The position numbers and the translations under genes are program-made. This document shows, piece after piece, positions 36,301-46,037 of a stretch of 64,000 bases of DNA. The DNA is from Escherichia phage Es2. The notes beneath the pieces were generated by a model, which worked only from the letters and a program-made list of their open reading frames with translations, was not told where the DNA came from and made no database searches. The DNA is taken from the sequence record OR515477.1; one strand, written 5' to 3'. The stretch's first letter is position 1, and each line of letters starts with the position of its first letter.

Positions 36301-39300
36301 ATGACTGACAAGCTAATACGAGAATTACTAATAGACGTTAAACAGAAGGGGGCAACTCGTACTGCAAAGTCTATTGAAAACGTATCTGATGCATTAGAGA
36401 ATGCTGCTGCTGCTTCTGAACTAACAAATGAGCAGTTAGGTAAAATGCCCAGAACTCTTTATTCCATTGAGAGGGCAGCAGACAGAGCAGCGAAAAGTCT
36501 TACTAAAATGCAAGCTAGTAGGGGTATGGCTGGTATCACTAAATCCATTGATGGTATTGGTGATAAGCTAGACTACCTAGCTATCCAGCTTATTGAAGTA
36601 ACAGATAAACTAGAAATTGGATTCGATGGAGTTTCTAGATCTGTTAAAACAATGGGTAATGATGTTGCAGCTGCAACAGAAAAAGTCCAGGATAGATTAT
36701 ACGATACTAATAGAGCATTAGGTGGCACAGCTAGGGGTTTTAATGATACTGCTGGTGCCGCTGGTAGAGCTTCTAGAGCTATTGGTAATACTTCTGGTTC
36801 AGCACGTGGTGCAACTCGTGATTTTGCGGCAATGGCTAAGATCGGTGGTAGTCTACCTATTATGTACGCAGCTCTTGCTTCCAACATCTTCGTTTTGCAA
36901 TCAGCATTTGAACAACTTAAACTAGGTGATCAGCTAAATCGTCTAGAAAAATTTGGTGTTATAGTAGGTACTCAGACAGGTACTCCTGTTCAGACCCTTG
37001 CTAGATCGTTACAAGAAGCTGCCGGATATGCTATTTCTTTTGAGGAAGCAATGAGACAGGCATCTTCAGCATCTGCTTATGGATTTGATGCTGAACAACT
37101 TAATAAATTTGGTTTAGTAGCTCGTCGTGCGGCTGCTGTTCTTGGCGTTGATATGACTGATGCACTTAACCGTGTAATTAAGGGCGTATCTAAACAAGAA
37201 ATCGAACTTCTGGATGAACTTGGTGTTACTATTCGCCTTAACGATGCTTATGCTGATTACGTTAAACAGTTAAATGCTGCAAACACAGGTATAACATATA
37301 ATGTTAATAGTCTTACCACTTTCCAGAAACAACAAGCATACGCTAACGCGGTAATTGCTGAATCTACTAAGCGGTTTGGCTACCTAGATGAAGTACTACG
37401 TGCAACTCCATGGGAGCAATTTGCTGCTAATGCAGATGCTGCACTAAGAAAAATACAACAAGCTGCTGCTAAGTATTTAGGGCCAGTAATTGATGCTATC
37501 AATACAGTATTTTATACATCTCAGGCTTCTATATCTGCGGAGGCAGCTAGAGCTCAAGAAAAAACTAATAGACAGATAGACCCTACCAACGTTGGTGCTG
37601 TTGCTTTAAGTTTAGCTGCTTCTGAAGAAGGCTATAATAAAGCTCTAGATATGTATAAGGAATCTCTTGATAAGCGTAATAAGCTAAAATCTGAGTTCGA
37701 TAAACGAATGGAACAAGCAGATTTCTATACAAAACTAGCTATACGTCAAGTTGGTGAAGGTATTCCTGTTGGTCTCGCAGCAGCAGGTGCTTCGGAGGCC
37801 AATAAGCAATTTGTAGCAGAAACTGCAGCTATGGGTCTACAAGTAACTAGACTTGGTAAGGAAGTAGAGGATTCTACAGAGAACCTCAATGCTTGGAAAT
37901 CAGCGTATCAAGCTGCTGGGGCTGCTGCTGCAAAGGCTAGTCCAGAGTTTCAGAAGCAAATTAATCTACAGAGAGATACTACTGATCCTGATGCTGTATA
38001 CGATTTTAATTCTACTGTATTAAAAGGTCTAACTGAGCAACAGAAAGCGTACAATCAGACTAAGAAAACTGCTAGTGACTTAGCTAATGATATACAGAAC
38101 GTTGCTCAGAATACAGATACTGCTGCTAAAACTAGTGCTACTTTAGCAGATGCTATAAAAAACATAGAATCTCTATCTCTAGGTACTGGTAAGAGTGCTG
38201 ATGAATACGTTAAAAATCTTAACCTAGGCTACAACACTCTGTCTGAAATGAAAACTGCGTCTCAGGCCTTATCTGAGTACGTTAAACTAACCGGTAATGA
38301 GACTAAGAACCAGTTAGCAGTTCAACAGAAGATAGCTGACGTATACAACCAAACTAAAGATAAAGAAAAGGCACAGGAAGCCGGTAGGCGTTTAGAACTC
38401 CAACAGTTAGAAGAGCAAGAAGCTGCTTTACGCCGTGTTCTTCAAACAAACCAGGGAAATAAAGCTGTTGAGAAAGAAATTGAAAAAATTCAGCTGGAGA
38501 AACTTAAACTTACTAATCAGGGTATGGAGGCTCAGAAGAAAGTTAAGGATTATACAGATAAAATTCTGGGTGTAGACCGTGAGATAGCTCTTCTGAATGA
38601 CCGTACTATGACTAGCACTCAGTATAGATTAGCACAGTTAAGGTTAGAACTAACCATAGAGGAAGAAAAATACGAGTGGTACTTAAAACAAGCGGATAAA
38701 CAAAAAGAGGCAGAGCAGTCTAGACGTGCTCAAGCACAGATAAGTAGAGAGTTATGGGAAGCAGAGAAACAAGCTACTGCTACTCATGTATCCGCCCTTA
38801 TGGATGCCTTAGAGGTTAGCCAAACGCAGAGAAATGTCACTGGTCAGTCACAGATTCTCACTGAAAGGTTATCTATTCTGCAGCAGCAGCTGGAACTGTC
38901 TAAAGGTAATACTGAAGAAGAAATTAAATATCGTAATGAGATTTATAAAACTTCAGCAGCCTTAGAGCAGCTTAGAAAACAGAGAGATAGCCAGATGCAG
39001 CAACAGGTAGGGTCTTCTGTAGGTGCTGTATATACTCCTACAACTGGACTATCTGGAGAAGATAAAGATTTTGCTGATATGGGAAATAGAATGGCTTCTT
39101 ATGATCAGGCAATCTCTAAACTATCTGAGCTAAACTCTGAAGCAACCGCTGTAGCTCAAAGCATGGGTAACTTAACCAATGCTATGATTCAATTCTCTCA
39201 GGGATCTTTAGATACTACATCTATGATTGCTTCCGGTATGCAGACTGTGGCCTCTATGATTCAATATAGTACTAGTCAACAGGTTAGTGCAATTGATCAG

Positions 39301-39981
39301 GCTATTGCAGCAGAGCAGAAACGAGATGGTAAATCTGAAGCATCTAAAGCTAAACTGAAAAAGTTAGAAGCTGAAAAGCTGAAGATTCAACAAGACGCAG
39401 CTAAGAAGCAGATTATCATCCAAACTGCCGTAGCTGTAATGCAGGCGGCAACAGCTGTACCTTACCCGTTCTCTATCCCTCTAATGGTAGCGGCAGGTTT
39501 GGCAGGTGCATTAGCTCTTGCTCAAGCATCTTCTGCATCTGGTATGTCAAGTATTGCTGATTCTGGAGCGGATACAACTAGTTACCTAACCTTAGGAGAG
39601 CGCCAGAAGAATATAGATGTGTCTATGTCTGCTAATGCTGGTGAATTATCTTATATTCGTGGCGATAAAGGCATAGGCGGTGCTAATTCATTTGTGCCTC
39701 GTGCCGAAGGTGGTAATATGTACCCTGGGGTTAGCTATCAAATGGGGGAGCATGGTACAGAAGTAGTTACCCCTATGGTTCCTATGAAAGCTACGCCTAA
39801 TGATGAGCTAAAAACCTCATCCAACTCAACTTCAGGAAGACCTATCATCCTGAATATTAGTGCTATGGATGCTGCAAGTTTTAGAGAGTTTGCTTCTAGT
39901 AATAGTGGTGCTCTAAGAGACGCGGTAGAATTAGCTCTGAATGAGAACGGTGCTAGTCTGAAAACATTAGGAAATTCTTAA
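36301..39981 (+). CDS. tail tape measure protein, pb2-like
   Basis: 1226 aa, Ala/Gln/Lys-rich coiled coil with hydrophobic segment near C-terminus. Confidence 0.75.
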   Translation: MTDKLIRELLIDVKQKGATRTAKSIENVSDALENAAAASELTNEQLGKMPRTLYSIERAADRAAKSLTKMQASRGMAGITKSIDGIGDKLDYLAIQLIEVTDKLEIGFDGVSRSVKTMGNDVAAATEKVQDRLYDTNRALGGTARGFNDTAGAAGRASRAIGNTSGSARGATRDFAAMAKIGGSLPIMYAALASNIFVLQSAFEQLKLGDQLNRLEKFGVIVGTQTGTPVQTLARSLQEAAGYAISFEEAMRQASSASAYGFDAEQLNKFGLVARRAAAVLGVDMTDALNRVIKGVSKQEIELLDELGVTIRLNDAYADYVKQLNAANTGITYNVNSLTTFQKQQAYANAVIAESTKRFGYLDEVLRATPWEQFAANADAALRKIQQAAAKYLGPVIDAINTVFYTSQASISAEAARAQEKTNRQIDPTNVGAVALSLAASEEGYNKALDMYKESLDKRNKLKSEFDKRMEQADFYTKLAIRQVGEGIPVGLAAAGASEANKQFVAETAAMGLQVTRLGKEVEDSTENLNAWKSAYQAAGAAAAKASPEFQKQINLQRDTTDPDAVYDFNSTVLKGLTEQQKAYNQTKKTASDLANDIQNVAQNTDTAAKTSATLADAIKNIESLSLGTGKSADEYVKNLNLGYNTLSEMKTASQALSEYVKLTGNETKNQLAVQQKIADVYNQTKDKEKAQEAGRRLELQQLEEQEAALRRVLQTNQGNKAVEKEIEKIQLEKLKLTNQGMEAQKKVKDYTDKILGVDREIALLNDRTMTSTQYRLAQLRLELTIEEEKYEWYLKQADKQKEAEQSRRAQAQISRELWEAEKQATATHVSALMDALEVSQTQRNVTGQSQILTERLSILQQQLELSKGNTEEEIKYRNEIYKTSAALEQLRKQRDSQMQQQVGSSVGAVYTPTTGLSGEDKDFADMGNRMASYDQAISKLSELNSEATAVAQSMGNLTNAMIQFSQGSLDTTSMIASGMQTVASMIQYSTSQQVSAIDQAIAAEQKRDGKSEASKAKLKKLEAEKLKIQQDAAKKQIIIQTAVAVMQAATAVPYPFSIPLMVAAGLAGALALAQASSASGMSSIADSGADTTSYLTLGERQKNIDVSMSANAGELSYIRGDKGIGGANSFVPRAEGGNMYPGVSYQMGEHGTEVVTPMVPMKATPNDELKTSSNSTSGRPIILNISAMDAASFREFASSNSGALRDAVELALNENGASLKTLGNS

Positions 39982-39985
39982 AACT

Positions 39986-40015
39986 GGAGGAGGACTTTGA
40001 GTCCTCCTTTTCTTT
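39986..40015 (+). terminator. rho-independent terminator
   Basis: GGAGGAC-tttga-GTCCTCC followed by TTTTCTTT. Confidence 0.6.
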
Positions 40016-40033
40016 ATGGAAAAATAAAAATTT

Positions 40034-40062
40034 CTTGATAAAATTTTCTAATACTATTATAA
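40034..40062 (+). promoter_or_regulatory. sigma70-like promoter upstream of distal tail protein gene
   Basis: TTGATA, 17 bp spacer, TATAAT. Confidence 0.4.
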
Positions 40063-40090
40063 TAATTGTATCTAAGAGGAGAAATTAACT

Positions 40091-40705
40091 ATGAGATTAC
40101 CAGACCCATACACGAATCCAGAACTTTCAGGATTAGGATTCGAAAGTGTTAACCTGATTGATAATGACCCAGTAATTCGTGATGAGTTACCTAATGGTAA
40201 AGTTAACGAAGTTAAGGTATCTGCTCAGTACTGGGGTATAAATATTTCTTACCCAGAATTGTTTCCCGATGAATATAGTGTTCTCGATTCCTTTATTCTA
40301 GAGTATAAGAGGACAGGAGGCTATATTGATGTTATATTACCTCAGTATGAGGCTTTTAGGGTTAGGGGTAATACTAACTTAGTAAATATACCAGCAGGAC
40401 AAAAAGGCTCCAATATTACTATGGATACAAAAGGTATTCTTACGGGTATCCCTAAACCAGGTGATTTATTTAAGTTATCCAATCACCCAAAAGTTTATAA
40501 AATAACATCATTTAATAGATCTGGTAATTCATGGTCTATTAACGTATATCCTGACCTATTTATAACTACTACTGGAGCTGAAAAACCAGTATTTAATGGG
40601 ATACTATTTAGAACAAAACTCATGAATGGTGATGCTTTCGGATCTACATTAAATAATAATGGAACATACTCCGGCATCTCATTAAATTTACGGGAAAGTT
40701 TATGA
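40091..40705 (+). CDS. distal tail protein, pb9-like
   Basis: 204 aa; position between tape measure and baseplate hub. Confidence 0.55.
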   Translation: MRLPDPYTNPELSGLGFESVNLIDNDPVIRDELPNGKVNEVKVSAQYWGINISYPELFPDEYSVLDSFILEYKRTGGYIDVILPQYEAFRVRGNTNLVNIPAGQKGSNITMDTKGILTGIPKPGDLFKLSNHPKVYKITSFNRSGNSWSINVYPDLFITTTGAEKPVFNGILFRTKLMNGDAFGSTLNNNGTYSGISLNLRESL

Positions 40706-43551
40706 AAAAAATACTAGATAGTGCTAGAAACTACTTAAAAAATAATAGCAGAATAAAAACTGCTAGTCTAATTTCTTTAGAATTACCTGGCTCTACTGGT
40801 ACTAGTACTGCTTTTATTTACTTAACTGACTATTTTAGAGATGTACTATATAATGGTATTTTGTACCAGGCCGGTAAAGTTAAGTCTATTAGCACACATA
40901 AACAAAATAGAGATTTATCTATTGGCAGCCTATCTTTTACTATTACAGGTACAGCGCAGGATGAAGTACTGAAATTAGTGCAGAATGGTGTATCTTTTTT
41001 AGACAGATTAGTATCAATTCACCAAGCAATTATTACAGAAGATGGTTCTATTTTATCTGTAGACCCAGACACAAATGGGCCTTTATTATACTTTAGAGGT
41101 AGAATTACTGGTGGAGGTATTAAGGATAATATTAGCACTTCGGGAGTTGGAACCTCCACAATTACTTGGAATTGTTCTAACCAATTCTATGATTTTGATA
41201 GGGTTAATGGTAGATTTACTGATGATGCTTCTCATAGAGGGCTTGAAGTTGTAGCAGGACAATTACTTCCATCTAACGGGGCTAAAAGACTTGAGTACCA
41301 AGAAGACTACGGTTTCTTTCATGCCAATAAAAGTATCTCTATTCTAGCAAAGTATCAGGTACAGGAAGAAAGATACAAACTAAAGTCTAAGAAAAAGCTA
41401 TTTGGACTATCTAGAAGTTATAGTCTTAAAAAGTATTATGAGACTGTTACTAAAGAAGTAGATATAGATTTTAACCTTGCTGCTAAGTATATACCAGTAG
41501 TTTATGGTGTACAGAAAATACCAGGAATACCTATTTTTGCGGATACGGAATTACATAATCCTAACATAGTTTATGTAGTATATGCTTTTGCTGAAGGAGA
41601 GATAGACGGTTTTCTTGACTTTTCCTTTGGGGATAACCCTATGATTTGTATGGACTCTAATGATAGCTCCGCTAGAACCTGCTTTGGTACTAAAAAAGTG
41701 GCTGGGGACACCATGCAAAGAATAGCGTCAGGAACACCTTCTAGTAGTCCTTCCGTTCATGGGCAGGAGTATAAGTATAATGATGGTAATGGTGACATAA
41801 GAATTTGGACGTATCATGGAAAACCTGACCAAACGGCTTCTGAAGTACTAGTAGATATAGCTAAAGAACGTGGGTTCTACCTTCAGAATATGAATGGCAA
41901 TGGACCGGAGTATTGGGATGCTAGGTATAAACTACTAGATACTGCATACGCAGTGGTGCGCTTCACTATTAATGAAAATAGGACTGAGATTCCTGAAGTT
42001 AGTGCTGAAATTCAAGGTAAAAAAGTAAAAGTCTATCATTCTGATGGTAGAGTAACTGCTAATAGTACTAGTTTAAATGGTATTTGGCAAACACTTGATT
42101 ACTTAACCTCTGATAGATATGGCGCTAATATTACCCTTGATCAGTTCCCTCTTCAGCAACTAATACAGGAAGCAGCTATTTTAGATATTATAGATGAATC
42201 CTATCAGGTATCTTGGCAGCCGTATTGGAGATACGTTGGGTGGACTGATCCACTAGCAGAAAATAGACAAATAGTACAAATGAATACTATTCTGGATACA
42301 TCTGAATCAGTATTTAAAAATGTGCAAGGTTTATTAGAGTCCTACGGTGGGGCTATTAACAATTTATCTGGCCAGTATAGAGTTACTGTAGAAAAATACT
42401 CTAATACTCCGCTAGAGATTAATTTTCTAGATACTTACGGTGATTTGGAGCTATCAGATACTACTGGTAGAAATAAATTCAATTCAGTTCAAGCATCTAT
42501 CGTAGATCCCGCCCTTAGTTGGAAAACTAATTCCATTACATTCTATAATTCCAAGTATAAGGAACAGGACAAGAACCTAGATAAAAAATTACAACTGTCT
42601 TTTGCTAATATTACTAATTATTATACTGCAAGAAGTTTTGCTGATAGGGAGCTTAAGAAATCCAGATACTCAAGAACACTCTCTTTCTCATTACCATATC
42701 AATTCATTGGTATTGAACCTAATGATGCTATTGCATTTACATACGACCGTTATGGGTGGGATAAGAAGTATTTCCTAGTAGACGAAGTGGAAAACTCTAG
42801 GGAAGGAAAAATAAATGTTACCCTACAGGAATATGGAGAAGATGTATTTATCAATTCTGAGCAGGTTGATAATAGCGGTAATGATATTCCTGATATTAGT
42901 AATAATGTCCTTCCTCCTAGAGACTTTAAATATACTCCTACTCCTGGCGGTTTAGTAGGCTCTATAGGTAAAAATGGTGAGTTATCTTGGCTTCCGAGTC
43001 TAACCAATAATGTAGTCTATTACTCTATCGTGCATTCCGGTCATGCTGAACCTTATATTGTGCAGCAACTAGAAACAAATCCCAACGAACGGATGATCCA
43101 AGAGATAATTGGAGAGTCTGCAGGTTTAGCAATATTTGAAATAAGGGCTGTGGATATAAACGGTAGAAGAAGTTCTCCAGTAACATTATCTATAGAACTT
43201 AACTCTGCTAAAAACCTAAGTGTAGTATCTAATTTTAGGGTAACTAATACGGCTTCTGGGGATGTAACTGAGTTTGTAGGCCCAGATGTAAAACTAGCTT
43301 GGGATAGAATACCAGAAGAAGATATAATAGAGAGTATATTCTATACTCTGGAGATCTATGATTCCCAGAATAGAATGCTAAGAAGTGTACGTATTGAAAA
43401 TCAGTATACTTATGACTATTTATTAACGTATAATAAGGCAGATTTTGCTCTTCATAACAGTGATGCTCTAGGAATCAATAGAAAACTATATTTTCGTATT
43501 AGAGCAGAAGGAGATGATGGAGAACAGTCTGTGGAGTGGGCATCCATTTAA
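40702..43551 (+). CDS. baseplate hub / tail tip protein, pb3-like
   Basis: 949 aa, same size as T5 pb3 (from memory); position. Confidence 0.65.
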   Translation: MKKILDSARNYLKNNSRIKTASLISLELPGSTGTSTAFIYLTDYFRDVLYNGILYQAGKVKSISTHKQNRDLSIGSLSFTITGTAQDEVLKLVQNGVSFLDRLVSIHQAIITEDGSILSVDPDTNGPLLYFRGRITGGGIKDNISTSGVGTSTITWNCSNQFYDFDRVNGRFTDDASHRGLEVVAGQLLPSNGAKRLEYQEDYGFFHANKSISILAKYQVQEERYKLKSKKKLFGLSRSYSLKKYYETVTKEVDIDFNLAAKYIPVVYGVQKIPGIPIFADTELHNPNIVYVVYAFAEGEIDGFLDFSFGDNPMICMDSNDSSARTCFGTKKVAGDTMQRIASGTPSSSPSVHGQEYKYNDGNGDIRIWTYHGKPDQTASEVLVDIAKERGFYLQNMNGNGPEYWDARYKLLDTAYAVVRFTINENRTEIPEVSAEIQGKKVKVYHSDGRVTANSTSLNGIWQTLDYLTSDRYGANITLDQFPLQQLIQEAAILDIIDESYQVSWQPYWRYVGWTDPLAENRQIVQMNTILDTSESVFKNVQGLLESYGGAINNLSGQYRVTVEKYSNTPLEINFLDTYGDLELSDTTGRNKFNSVQASIVDPALSWKTNSITFYNSKYKEQDKNLDKKLQLSFANITNYYTARSFADRELKKSRYSRTLSFSLPYQFIGIEPNDAIAFTYDRYGWDKKYFLVDEVENSREGKINVTLQEYGEDVFINSEQVDNSGNDIPDISNNVLPPRDFKYTPTPGGLVGSIGKNGELSWLPSLTNNVVYYSIVHSGHAEPYIVQQLETNPNERMIQEIIGESAGLAIFEIRAVDINGRRSSPVTLSIELNSAKNLSVVSNFRVTNTASGDVTEFVGPDVKLAWDRIPEEDIIESIFYTLEIYDSQNRMLRSVRIENQYTYDYLLTYNKADFALHNSDALGINRKLYFRIRAEGDDGEQSVEWASI

Positions 43552-45608
43552 TGATTTCGAATAATGCACCAGCCAAAATGGTCTTAAATAGTATAATGAC
43601 TGGATATACAATGGCATATGTCCAGCACTCTATATATACTGACTATGACGTTATTGGTAGATCTTTTTGGTTAAAGACAGAAGAAAGTATAGATAGACGT
43701 GATTATACTGGTATAGATACTTTCTTCGTAATGATTAATAATCTAACCCCTTCTACCTCCTACGGGGTTCAGGGGGCTTTCTATGACTCAATTATTGACT
43801 CAGAGTTACTGGAAGCTAAGATTGGTATCAACCTCTCTAATGAAACTAACTTTAGAACAAAGGAAAAGCCAATAATTACTGCAGCAAGATCTGAATCAGA
43901 ACCCGTCGACGTGGGTGTTGGTGCTCCAATAGTTGTTGTAGATACTACTGGGGAAGCTAGTTACTGCACTATTGAATTAAAAAGTACTGCATCAGAAGAT
44001 AGTGAATGGGTTAAGTATTATATAGGCGCATTGGGATCTACTATCAAATTTGGTGGTGTTCCGGTTGGCGACTATAAGATCAGAATATCGGGTCAAGTTA
44101 CGATGCCAGATGGTGTTACAGTTGACTCATCTGGTTATTATGAATACCCTAGCGTTTTCACTGTAGCTTATAATTTCGTACCACCTACTGCACCTACTAA
44201 CATTGCCTTTAAAGCTGCACGAATCGCAGACGGTAAGGAACGATATGATGTTAGAATAGAGTGGGACTGGGAACGTGGTGCTGGTGCTAATGTCCGTGAA
44301 TTTCTAGTCACTTATATAAACTCTGAGGAATATGCTAAGACTGGCTGGGCTAAAGCTCAAAAGATAAACGTTGGGGCTGCTAGAGCTGCAACGATCATAT
44401 CATTCCCATGGAAAGTTGAGCATACTTTTAAGGTATCATCAATTGCCTGGGGACCAAATAAGCAAGATATAACAGAATCAGCTCCTGTAACATTTATATT
44501 GAATGAAGATACTCCTCTAGACAACAGCTTTGTCAATGAGACGGGTATTGATGTTAATTATGCCTTTATTAAAGGTAGTATGAAAGATGGAGAAATCTGG
44601 AGGCAGACATTCTTAATCGACGCAGCCACTGGCGCTATTAACATTGGTCTGTTAGATGAAGAAGGAAAAGCACCTATTTCTTTTGACCCTATAAACCGTG
44701 TTGTTAACGTTGATGGGAAAGTAATTACTAGAGATATTAATGCTGCAAACTTTATTATGACTAACTTATCCGGTAAGGATAATCCAGCAATTTACACTCA
44801 AGGTAAATCTTGGGGGGATAATAACTCCGGTATTTGGATGGGCATGGATAATACCTCTGCCAAAGCTAAGTTAGACATTGGTAATGCCACACAGTGGATT
44901 CGTTATGATGGTGATGTGCTACGTATTTCTAGCGGTGTAGTAATTGGAACACCAAATGGTGACGTAGATATTGAAACTGGTTTGCAAGGCAAACAAACCG
45001 TATTTATTTATAAACTTGGTAAAAGTTTGCCAGCAAAACCATTAGAGCAAGATTATCCCCCTCCTGGTTGGTCTAAAACACCGCCTAATCGTACTGATAT
45101 GACTCAGAATATCTATGCTACTACTGGTACTTTAGATCCTGTTACTAATAGATTATTAGAGGGTACTAGCTGGTCTGATGTAGTTCAGTGGAGTGGTACT
45201 GAAGGTACTATAGGGCATGACGGACAACGTGGTCCTGGGATGTACTCCTTAGGCATACCTGGTCTTGGGGGCTGGGATGATGGACAAGCTAATTCCTTCT
45301 TCCAGAATAACTTTGGTAGTCCCCCTGTTAAATATGATGTATTAACTGAATTTAATAGTAATGCCCCACAATCAGCATTTACACGGCAATGGAATGGTTC
45401 TAGTTGGGTTAACCCTGCAATGGTTCTCCACGGAAACATGATTGTTAATGGAACAGTGACGGCAGATAAAATTGTAGCAGGAAATGCTTTCTTGTCTCAA
45501 ATTGGTGTTAATATCATCTATGATAGAAATGCTGCGTTATCCGGGAATCCTGAGGCATACTACAAGATGAAGATAGACCTAAATAGTGGGTATATCCATA
45601 TAAGGTAA
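43536..45608 (+). CDS. tail tip central fibre protein, pb4-like
   Basis: 690 aa; position after hub. Confidence 0.55.
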   Translation: MGIHLMISNNAPAKMVLNSIMTGYTMAYVQHSIYTDYDVIGRSFWLKTEESIDRRDYTGIDTFFVMINNLTPSTSYGVQGAFYDSIIDSELLEAKIGINLSNETNFRTKEKPIITAARSESEPVDVGVGAPIVVVDTTGEASYCTIELKSTASEDSEWVKYYIGALGSTIKFGGVPVGDYKIRISGQVTMPDGVTVDSSGYYEYPSVFTVAYNFVPPTAPTNIAFKAARIADGKERYDVRIEWDWERGAGANVREFLVTYINSEEYAKTGWAKAQKINVGAARAATIISFPWKVEHTFKVSSIAWGPNKQDITESAPVTFILNEDTPLDNSFVNETGIDVNYAFIKGSMKDGEIWRQTFLIDAATGAINIGLLDEEGKAPISFDPINRVVNVDGKVITRDINAANFIMTNLSGKDNPAIYTQGKSWGDNNSGIWMGMDNTSAKAKLDIGNATQWIRYDGDVLRISSGVVIGTPNGDVDIETGLQGKQTVFIYKLGKSLPAKPLEQDYPPPGWSKTPPNRTDMTQNIYATTGTLDPVTNRLLEGTSWSDVVQWSGTEGTIGHDGQRGPGMYSLGIPGLGGWDDGQANSFFQNNFGSPPVKYDVLTEFNSNAPQSAFTRQWNGSSWVNPAMVLHGNMIVNGTVTADKIVAGNAFLSQIGVNIIYDRNAALSGNPEAYYKMKIDLNSGYIHIR

Positions 45609-45614
45609 TAAATA

Positions 45615-46037
45615 ATGAGTACTGAAAATAGAGTTATAGACTTAGTAATAGATGAGAAAGTGCCTTATGGTCTACTAATGCAATTCTTAGATGTTGATGA
45701 TAGTACTTATCCCCCTACAAATACCCCTGTTAACTTAACGGGGTATTCTCTAAGGGGTACTATAAAGAATAGCCTTGATGAGACTGCGGAAACTTTAGCA
45801 TCTTTTACTACTAAAATTATTGATGCTGCTCAAGGTGCTATAGCTATAAGTTTACCCATAGAAGCGGTAGAGAATATTGGTGAAAAAGCCACCAAAGAAA
45901 GAGATAGATATAACCCTCGTCAGCGATTCGCAGGATACTATGATATAATTATGACTAGAGATGTTATAGGATCTGCAATTAGCTCCTTTCGTATAATGGA
46001 GGGTAAAGTATTTATCAGTGATGGGGTAACTAAATAA
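45615..46037 (+). CDS. tail collar protein, p132-like
   Basis: 140 aa between pb4-like and tail fibre genes. Confidence 0.45.
   Translation: MSTENRVIDLVIDEKVPYGLLMQFLDVDDSTYPPTNTPVNLTGYSLRGTIKNSLDETAETLASFTTKIIDAAQGAIAISLPIEAVENIGEKATKERDRYNPRQRFAGYYDIIMTRDVIGSAISSFRIMEGKVFISDGVTK

Noticed and set aside
36573-36925. ORFs overlapping the tape measure gene (36573-36887 minus and 36722-36925 plus)
   Set aside because: Embedded in or antisense to the 1226 aa tape measure ORF; low-complexity products.
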